64,000 nucleotides of DNA. Source: an uncultured Candidatus Binatia bacterium. Lineage in GTDB: Bacteria > Desulfobacterota > Binatia > UBA9968 > JAJDTQ01. This document shows positions 57,219 to 64,000 of the stretch, one piece after another; position 1 is the first letter of the stretch, and every line of letters starts with the position of its first letter. The stretch lies in the NCBI GenBank assembly GCA_965215605.1, contig OZ244070.1:3296001-3360000 (forward strand). Direction: 5' to 3'. A program made the position numbers and the translations under genes. Under the pieces are notes generated by a model. It saw only the letters and a list, made by a program, of their open reading frames with translations. It was not told where the DNA came from and ran no database searches.

Positions 57219-59003
57219 TCAGGCTTCCGGCGCGAACTGCAGCGAGGCCAGCCGGGCGTAGAGGCCGCCGCCGCTCATCAGCTCCTCGTGGGTGCCGGTG
57301 GCGACGATGCAGCCCCGGTCGATGACCACGATGCGGTCGGCCTTGAGCACGGTGGCGAGGCGGTGGGCGATGATGAGGGTGGTGCGGTCGGTCATGAGGC
57401 GTTCGAGGGCCTCGTGCACCAGGTGCTCGCTCTCGGCGTCCAGGGAGCTTGTGGCCTCGTCCAGCAGCATCACCGCGGGGTCCCGGAGAATCGCCCGGGC
57501 GATGGCGATGCGCTGGCGCTGGCCGATGGAAAGACGCAGGCCTTTCTCGCCCAGGAACGTGTCGTAGTGTTCGGGCAGGCTCTGGATGAACTCGTCGGCG
57601 AATGCGGCGCGGGCGGCGTCCACCACCTCCGCGTCGGTGGCGGCGGGTCGCCCGTAGCGGATGTTCTCCCGCGCGTTGGCGGAGAAGATGACCGTTTCTT
57701 GAGGCACCAGACCGATGCGGCCGCGCACGGCCTGGGGGTCCGCCTCCCGCAGGTCGATGCCGTCCAGCCGTATGGAGCCTCTTGCGGGATCGTAGAAGCG
57801 CAGCAGCAGCTTGAATACGGTGCTCTTGCCTGCCCCCGACGGTCCCGCCAGAGCCACGGTTTCTCCTGGTTGGACGGCAAGGGAGAACTCATCCAGGGCG
57901 TGTTCGGCGGGGCGGGAAGGATACTGGAACGTGACCGCATCCAGCACCAGGCTGCCGCGCGGCGGTTCCGGTAAAGGCACGGGAGCCGCCGGCGCGGTGA
58001 CGGCCGGTTTCGCCTCCAGCAACTCCATCAACCGCTCCGTGGCCCCGGCCGCCCGCTGTACCTCACCCCAGACCTGGCTCAGGCTGGCGGCCGAACCCGC
58101 CACGAAGATGGCGTAGAACACGAACTGGACCAGCACGCCGGGAGACATGCGGCCCCCCAGCACCGCCTCCGTTCCCAGCCACAGCACTCCCGTGACGCCG
58201 CCGAACATGAGCGTGATTACCAGGAAAATGAGCAGCGCCCGGTTGCGGACACGCACCAGGGCGGCCCGGTAGGCGGCCTCGGCGGCGGCGTCGAACCGTT
58301 CCGTCTCGGTGCCTTCCTGCGTGAAGGCCTGCACCGTCTCCACGGCGTCGATGTTCTCTCCCGCCAGCGCGCTGGTGTCCGCGATCCGATCCTGGCTGAT
58401 CCGGGAAAGTCGGCGCACCCGGCGTCCCAGCACCAGTATCGGCAGCAACACCAGCGGGATCAGCACCAGCACCGCGCCCATGAGCGACGGACTGGTGACG
58501 ATGAGCATCACGAAGCCGCCTACGAACAGCAGCAGGTTGCGCAGGGCCATGGACGCGCCGGAGCCGATGACTGTCTGGATGAGGGTGGTATCGGTGGTGA
58601 GGCGGGAGAGGATTTCGCCGGTGCGGGTGACCTCGAAAAACGTCGGGTTCATGCCCAGCACGTGGCCGTGGATATGCTTGCGAATGTCCGCTATCACGCG
58701 TTCGCCAATGCGGGCGACGAAGTAGAAACGGCTCGCGGAAGCCACCGCCAGGACGGAGATGACGCCGAGCAGCAACTGGAAGCGCTGGCCGATGAGCGCG
58801 CGGTTGTCCTCGGCGACGCCGCTCTCCAGGAGTTGCCGGGCGGCTACCGGCAGGCTCAGCGTCGCGAGGGCGGCGGCGAGCAGCGCCAGGATGGTGAGGG
58901 CCAGCAACCAGGGGTAAGGCTTCGCGTAGCGGATGAGGTGGCGCAGGGGCCGCAGGTTCCTGCTTCCTGGCCGGGAATCGGGGGGGTTGTGGGGCGCTTG
59001 CAT
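57219..59003 (-). CDS. Fused ABC exporter (MsbA-like permease/ATPase)
   Basis: TM domain with TGEILSRLTTDT; GPSGAGKST, LSIGQRQR, LLDEATSSLD, IAHRL. Confidence 0.93.
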   Translation of the reverse strand: MQAPHNPPDSRPGSRNLRPLRHLIRYAKPYPWLLALTILALLAAALATLSLPVAARQLLESGVAEDNRALIGQRFQLLLGVISVLAVASASRFYFVARIGERVIADIRKHIHGHVLGMNPTFFEVTRTGEILSRLTTDTTLIQTVIGSGASMALRNLLLFVGGFVMLIVTSPSLMGAVLVLIPLVLLPILVLGRRVRRLSRISQDRIADTSALAGENIDAVETVQAFTQEGTETERFDAAAEAAYRAALVRVRNRALLIFLVITLMFGGVTGVLWLGTEAVLGGRMSPGVLVQFVFYAIFVAGSAASLSQVWGEVQRAAGATERLMELLEAKPAVTAPAAPVPLPEPPRGSLVLDAVTFQYPSRPAEHALDEFSLAVQPGETVALAGPSGAGKSTVFKLLLRFYDPARGSIRLDGIDLREADPQAVRGRIGLVPQETVIFSANARENIRYGRPAATDAEVVDAARAAFADEFIQSLPEHYDTFLGEKGLRLSIGQRQRIAIARAILRDPAVMLLDEATSSLDAESEHLVHEALERLMTDRTTLIIAHRLATVLKADRIVVIDRGCIVATGTHEELMSGGGLYARLASLQFAPEA

Positions 59004-59079
59004 CGGCCGCCTGTGTCAATACGAAAACGGGTGCCACCGCTTCACAGTGGCACCCGTTCATGGCGTCGGGTCGGCATTC

Positions 59080-60537
59080 CTATACGTTGACTATCACCAC
59101 GCCCTTGGGCTCCAGGTAGTAGTCCAGCGCCTCGGGTCCGTGCTCGCGTCCCACGCCGCTGGACTTGACGCCGCCGAAGGGCAGCTCGTCGTAGCCGTAG
59201 TGGAGCGAGTTGACCCACACGTTGCCCGCCTCGAGCCTGTCGATGGCCTTGTTGGCGTACTTCATGTTGCTGGTCCAGATGGACGACCCCAGGCCGAACT
59301 CGGAGGCGTTGGCGCGCTCGATGGCCTCGTCGATATCCTTGAAGGTGAACACGGGCAACGCCGGTCCGAAGCATTCCTCGGTGGCGATGCGGGCATCGTC
59401 CGGCACGTCCGTGAGCAGCGTCGGCAGGTAGAAGTGGCCGTTCTTGAACTCGTCGCCTTCCGGCCGGGCGCCGCCCGCCACCACCTTGGCGCCCCGCGCC
59501 CTGGCGTCCTCCACCTGCTCCTCTACCTCGGTGCGCTGGTAGTCGACGTGGAGCGGTCCCATGCGGCTTTCCTTCTTCATGCCGTCGCCCACCGCCTTCT
59601 TCTGGAGGCCCGCCGCCAGCTTGTCGACGAAGTCGTCGGCAACGGATTCGTGCACGAAGAGGCGTTTCACGCCCAGGCACATCTGGCCGCAGTTGAAGTA
59701 CCGTCCGATGTCGGCCATCTTCACCGCCATGTCGACGTTGGCGTCCTCCATGACGATCATGGGGTCGCTGCCGCCGAGTTCCAGCGTCACCCGCTTGATC
59801 TCTCTCCCGGCCACCTCCATGACGTGACGGCCGATGGGCGTGGAGCCGGTGAAGGCGATGCGGCGGATGCGGGGGTTGCTCAGGAGCTCCTCGCCCACGG
59901 AGCCGCCCGGGCCGCTGACGTAGTTCACCGTGCCCGCCGGCAAGCTCTTCTTGCCGCCGGCGTAGGTGGCTTGGCCTATCAACTCCATGCACAGCGCCGT
60001 GGCCAGCGGCGTGGTGGAGGCGGGCTTCACGATGATGGTGTTGCCGGCCGCCAGCGCCGGGCCCACCTTGGTGCCCATGAGAGTCAGCGGGAAGTTCCAC
60101 GGTACGATGGCGCCGCACACGCCAATGGGCTGGCGCACCACCATGCCGTAGGCGTTTTTCTGCGGCAGCGGCACGTGGGACCCGCGCACCTTGGATGCGA
60201 GGCCGGCGTAGAACTCCAGGCCGTGGATCAGGTGGTGGATTTCCAGGCCCGCCTCGAACAGGGTCTTGCCCTGCTCCTGGGTCAACAGCGCCGCGATGTC
60301 CTTGCTGCGCTCCTGGATCAAATCGCAGGCGCTCTCCAGCGCCTTGCCGCGATCCTCCGGGGTGGTGTCGGACCACTCCTTGAAGGCGGTCTCCGCGGCG
60401 TCCACGGCTTGCCGGACATCCTCTTCCGAGCCCTTGGCGGCGTGGTCCACCACCTGGCCGGTGGCGGGGTTGCGTACTTCGTAGGTTTCCTTCTTCACGG
60501 CGTCGACGAGCTCACCGCCGATCAACAGCTTGGACAT
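59080..60537 (-). CDS. NAD(P)-dependent aldehyde dehydrogenase
   Basis: Start re-called at MSKLLIGG (GGAGG RBS); PWNFP, FTGST, LELGG, GQMC, EECFGP, PFGGVK.SG.GRE. Confidence 0.95.
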   Translation of the reverse strand: MSKLLIGGELVDAVKKETYEVRNPATGQVVDHAAKGSEEDVRQAVDAAETAFKEWSDTTPEDRGKALESACDLIQERSKDIAALLTQEQGKTLFEAGLEIHHLIHGLEFYAGLASKVRGSHVPLPQKNAYGMVVRQPIGVCGAIVPWNFPLTLMGTKVGPALAAGNTIIVKPASTTPLATALCMELIGQATYAGGKKSLPAGTVNYVSGPGGSVGEELLSNPRIRRIAFTGSTPIGRHVMEVAGREIKRVTLELGGSDPMIVMEDANVDMAVKMADIGRYFNCGQMCLGVKRLFVHESVADDFVDKLAAGLQKKAVGDGMKKESRMGPLHVDYQRTEVEEQVEDARARGAKVVAGGARPEGDEFKNGHFYLPTLLTDVPDDARIATEECFGPALPVFTFKDIDEAIERANASEFGLGSSIWTSNMKYANKAIDRLEAGNVWVNSLHYGYDELPFGGVKSSGVGREHGPEALDYYLEPKGVVIVNV

Positions 60538-60581
60538 TCGATACCTCCGGATTGTGAACCTGATGGGATGTTTGGCACGAA

Positions 60582-60616
60582 GCCCCGGCCGCGCCGCGCG
60601 ATGCGGCAGCCGGGGC
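60582..60616. repeat. Intergenic inverted repeat
   Basis: GCCCCGGC...GCCGGGGC 8-bp stem with additional internal pairing, between the hydratase and ALDH genes. Confidence 0.45.
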
Positions 60617-60635
60617 CTTGAACCGTCTCTTTCGT

Positions 60636-61424
60636 CTACTGGCCCTTGAACTTGGCCGTCCGCTTTTCCAGGTAGGCGGTCACGCCCTCGTTGCCGTCCT
60701 CGCTGGCGAAGGTCTGGGTAAGCACCTCCCGCTCGAACGCCAGACCCTCCGGCAGTGAGGTTTCGATGCCGGCGTGGATCGCGCGTTTGATCTTGCCCAC
60801 GGCCATGCTGGCCTTGTTGGGGGGCACGAACTGCCTGGCGTAGTCCATCACGTCCTGCAGGAAGGTGTCGCGCTCGTAGATGTAATGCAGCAGCCCCATG
60901 TCCATGGCCTCCTCGAAGGCCACCTGCTTGCCCGTGGCGCACAACTCCAGGGCCTTGGCCCGGCCCACCAGGCGCGGCAGGCGCTGGGTGCCGCCCATGC
61001 CCGGCATGACCCCGAGGTTCACCTCGGCCAGCCCCATCCGGCCGCCGTCCTTCTTGCCGATGCGGATGTCCGCCGCCATGGAGATCTCCAGCCCGCCGCC
61101 GACGGCGTGGCCGTTGACCGCCGCGATCACCAGCTTGGGGGTGTTCTCCATGCGCATCAGCACCTCGTGGCCGTGCAGCGCGAAGTTGGCCTTGTAGGAC
61201 AGGTTCTGGGTCCCGAGCATGTTGATGTCGGCGCCGGCGGAAAAGAACTTCTCTCCCTTTCCGGTGATTACGATCACGTGGGTGCCGTCGTCGAAGCGCG
61301 CCTTCAGCAGCGCGTCATCGAGCTCCCGCAGCATCTCGTGAGTGTAGGAATTGACCGGCGGATGGTTGAGCTCGATAAGCGAGATGCCGCCTTCGGTGGT
61401 CTGGTCAATGGTGCCGTCTGCCAT
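60636..61424 (-). CDS. Enoyl-CoA hydratase/isomerase (crotonase) family protein
   Basis: Start MADGT (AGGAGG RBS); [40 protein letters not shown]; both catalytic Glu present. Confidence 0.94.
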   Translation of the reverse strand: MADGTIDQTTEGGISLIELNHPPVNSYTHEMLRELDDALLKARFDDGTHVIVITGKGEKFFSAGADINMLGTQNLSYKANFALHGHEVLMRMENTPKLVIAAVNGHAVGGGLEISMAADIRIGKKDGGRMGLAEVNLGVMPGMGGTQRLPRLVGRAKALELCATGKQVAFEEAMDMGLLHYIYERDTFLQDVMDYARQFVPPNKASMAVGKIKRAIHAGIETSLPEGLAFEREVLTQTFASEDGNEGVTAYLEKRTAKFKGQ

Positions 61425-61711
61425 AAGTGTGCCTCCTGAAGATACGTTTCTCGATCGGCGGAATCGCGCCTTCCGCAGCCGGCGGTGGCCGCACGGCGAG
61501 GCCGCTTCGCATCCCGAAATATCGGCTTCGAGCGGGGAAAGGACTCTGTAACGGAGGGCTGCTTTGTGCCCGCCGATTCCCATTTGAATTAGCGGGCGAG
61601 GGCCGACAAGTCAACCGTTCAGGTTCCCGGACGACATGGATGGAGCCGTGTCGTGGGCCGGCCCCGCCCGCGCCGTTGGAAAACCCGCTACCCTATGGCA
61701 AGAGTAACACG

Positions 61712-62881
61712 ATGGCCACGCGGAATACCCGAGAGAAGACCCTCCGGAGCGGTTTGAAGGCGCTTCGAAACGACGGGCTGGCGACCGAATCACCGGATGC
61801 GACCATGGTGGAGCCGCTGGTCCGGCGGTTCGAGGCCGAGCCGGCGGTTTCAGCGGCGGTGGCCCATGTCCTGGGGCGTATCCGGGACGCGGCCGCTGTG
61901 GAAGCGCTCAAGGACCTGGAGCGACGGGCGGGGAGCAAGGAGGTCCGGCGGGAGATACGCCGTTCCCTGTTCAAGCTGGCCCAGGGGGGGCTCGTGCCGG
62001 CCGAGCTCGAGGAAACCCGCCCGGCGGAGGCCGGAGCGAACTTCAGCCTGGCGCCGGAGATCGAGGGGTGCCTGTCGTCCGTCACCGGGGCGGGTTCGCG
62101 CATGGTGATCCTGACCCGGCCGCAGCCCGGCGGCGGGCTGATGGTCATGCAGGCCGCCGTCAATGACCGCCGCGGCCTGGAGAGGCTGGGGGGCAACGTC
62201 ATCCGCCGCAAGGAGTTGCGCCAGATGATGGAGGACATGAAGGCCCAGCTCCAGGTCTCCATGACCCCCGTGCCCTGGCAGTACGCCGACTGGCTGGTGC
62301 ACGAGGCTTATCAGAAAGTGACCGATTCGCCAGGGGAGGGGGTGGCCGACTATCCTCGGCTGCGGACTCATCTGACCGCCGCCAAGCCCGTACGGCGCTC
62401 CCACCCGGTCTTCGACCTCGTGGACGCGGCCGGCGTCGAGTCCATGGCTCCGTCCGAGACTTCGGAGAAGCTCCTGGAGGAACCGGAGTTCCGCACCTGG
62501 TTCGTGGAAAAGGACTTGCTGGAGCCTTACCTGGAGCGCCTCGAGGACACCGAGCAGAACCGTATCGTCCTCAACCCGATGCAGAAGGAAGAACGGTACC
62601 GCGGCATCGTCCGGGAGGCCGTCGAGGGAATCGTCCTCGGGGAGGAGACGCGCACGGTGTTCGAGGGACGCCTCGAGGACGCCGCCCTCCACCTGCATGT
62701 TTCCGGTCAGGAAGAGAAGGCACGGGCCGTCCTCGGGGTCGCCTCGGCCATCCGCCGCCGCGACCTCGGAAGCCTCGGCGTCCCGCTGCTGGAAGCCCTG
62801 GTGATGCGGAGCCTGGGCCTGCACAAGGCCCAGGAGAAGCAGGAAGCGGCGGAAGAGTCGTCGCTGATCGTCAAGCCGTAG
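61712..62881 (+). CDS. Hypothetical alpha-helical protein (HEAT-like N-terminal region)
   Basis: Start re-called at MATRNT; 389 aa with host-like codon usage; no family recognised. Confidence 0.75.
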   Translation: MATRNTREKTLRSGLKALRNDGLATESPDATMVEPLVRRFEAEPAVSAAVAHVLGRIRDAAAVEALKDLERRAGSKEVRREIRRSLFKLAQGGLVPAELEETRPAEAGANFSLAPEIEGCLSSVTGAGSRMVILTRPQPGGGLMVMQAAVNDRRGLERLGGNVIRRKELRQMMEDMKAQLQVSMTPVPWQYADWLVHEAYQKVTDSPGEGVADYPRLRTHLTAAKPVRRSHPVFDLVDAAGVESMAPSETSEKLLEEPEFRTWFVEKDLLEPYLERLEDTEQNRIVLNPMQKEERYRGIVREAVEGIVLGEETRTVFEGRLEDAALHLHVSGQEEKARAVLGVASAIRRRDLGSLGVPLLEALVMRSLGLHKAQEKQEAAEESSLIVKP

Positions 62882-62924
62882 CCAGCTTTGAGGATGGCGA
62901 TGCTTGGTTCCCCTACGAAAGAAT

Positions 62925-64000
62925 TCATGGGGAGACGTCGATACCCGCACTGCCTAGCTTGATCACCCGATCAATCACTGCTTCTCTTACGAGGTTGCCC
63001 ACCAGGATTTCAATTTCGTCGCCTTCTTCCGCACCGACTAGAGCGTGGCCGAGAGGCATATCGATGTGTATGACGCCACGATTCGGATCATTGACTTTGT
63101 CGCTAAGGGTGACTTCGAGGGCTGGTCCTGCTCCAGAAAGAAAACGCACGTGAACTGTATCGCCTACGTCAACGTAGCGTGGATCTGATTTTTCGTTGCC
63201 GCCTTGAGGTTCCGAATCCGGTGGTTCGTGAGTCGGATCTGTCATGTCCGGAAACGGAATCTCCTCACCCTCAGCAGTAAAGGGCTTGCCTCGCTCGCTA
63301 GCTATGTACGAGTCGTCATTGTTTTTGAGCCAATCTAGTCGCGCGGTGATCGCCTGCTGCAGTTTTCTCGCTTCCGTTCGCGAGTCATTGAACCAATCAG
63401 TCGACCATATCCTGTATAGATGCCAGCCTAGACCCTCCAAGACTTCCTGACGAAGCCGGTCGCGATCACGGGCCGATTTCGACGAGTGATACGATGCGCC
63501 GTCGCATTCCACACCCATCAAAAAGCCATGTGGCCAATCCGGGTGCTTGACACCTATATCGACGAAATACCCAGCCACGCCGACCTGTGGCACCGGTTCA
63601 AATCCCATAGATCGAAGTTGTTCAATTACGAAGACTTCAAAATCGGAGTCCGGCTTCCTGGAACTCGTGTTGCCGCCTTGCAGAAACCCAGTGGCGGAGT
63701 ACTCGAGCCAGCGCTTCAACATATAGGCCCCAGGGTTACCGCTTTCGTCTGCTCGGATGTCGGCGGCTGTCATTGAAGAGAAGGTGACGATCTGTTGTTT
63801 GGCGCGTGAAAACAGAACATTGAGTCGCCTCTGCCCTCCCAAGCCGTTAATTGGACCAAAGCGTTGCATCACGGGGCCACTTGGTTCTTCGGGCCCATAT
63901 ACGGTGCCAATGAAAATGACATCCCGTTCGTCGCCTTGGACATTTTCCAAGTTCTTGATGAAAAACGACTCCAGGCCATCGTTCCTCTTGGCCCAGTCAT
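62925..64000 (-). CDS. 3' part of a large SF1 (UPF1-like) helicase + Vsr/MTES_1575-like nuclease + GreA/GreB C-terminal domain protein (Hhe/DUF4011-type, defence-like); 5' end outside window
   Basis: Frame is open to the window edge (..FFIKNLENVQGDERDVI..RRLNVLFSRAK). Then SDFE..V...L...G...PQVGVAGY..DI..GVECDGASYH..ARDRDRLRQ.VLEGLGW..RIWSTDW, then V.VGDTV...PLG.AL.G.EEGD. GC is visibly lower than the host genes. Confidence 0.85.
   Translation of the reverse strand, partial: DWAKRNDGLESFFIKNLENVQGDERDVIFIGTVYGPEEPSGPVMQRFGPINGLGGQRRLNVLFSRAKQQIVTFSSMTAADIRADESGNPGAYMLKRWLEYSATGFLQGGNTSSRKPDSDFEVFVIEQLRSMGFEPVPQVGVAGYFVDIGVKHPDWPHGFLMGVECDGASYHSSKSARDRDRLRQEVLEGLGWHLYRIWSTDWFNDSRTEARKLQQAITARLDWLKNNDDSYIASERGKPFTAEGEEIPFPDMTDPTHEPPDSEPQGGNEKSDPRYVDVGDTVHVRFLSGAGPALEVTLSDKVNDPNRGVIHIDMPLGHALVGAEEGDEIEILVGNLVREAVIDRVIKLGSAGIDVSP

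Noticed and set aside
62893-62916. REP or att site at the GC boundary (CCCCTAC)
   Set aside because: GTAG is present on the minus strand but there is no convincing palindrome, and no partner repeat or tRNA is visible in the window.

Overview
High-GC bacterial window made up mostly of metabolic and housekeeping genes. The gene content resembles a Binatota/'Deltaproteobacteria'-type sponge-symbiont genome; this is an inference only. From left to right: (1) a form-II CoxSML-like molybdenum hydroxylase operon cut by the left edge, (2) a cold-shock-like RNA module (small basic protein, RRM protein, DEAD-box helicase), (3) an orphan Mo-hydroxylase large subunit, (4) gltBD, (5) a 20.2-kb giant Calx-beta/Ig-repeat surface protein with a C-terminal outer-membrane barrel and a G13 tract at its 5' end, (6) a catabolic neighbourhood (two tandem ThDP enzymes, a CmcJ/NvfI-type oxidoreductase, a Dabb-isochorismatase fusion, a NitT/TauT ABC system, an FMN alpha-hydroxy acid oxidase), (7) MFS, MscK-like channel and GlcG, (8) a bicupin plus orphan EutA-like pair, (9) thrC, VOC, ABC exporter, ALDH and enoyl-CoA hydratase, and (10) the 3' end of a low-GC SF1 helicase/nuclease/GreA-CTD defence-like gene at the right edge. 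The best hidden signal is a 74-codon glutaredoxin-like double selenoprotein (UXX-star type, two in-frame UGA codons, each followed by a SECIS-like hairpin) at 43155-43379 that is absent from the ORF track. Next best are the poly-G frameshift switch ahead of the giant adhesin and the cupin-EutA pair without eutBC. No rRNA, tRNA, CRISPR array, transposase or reverse transcriptase was seen.
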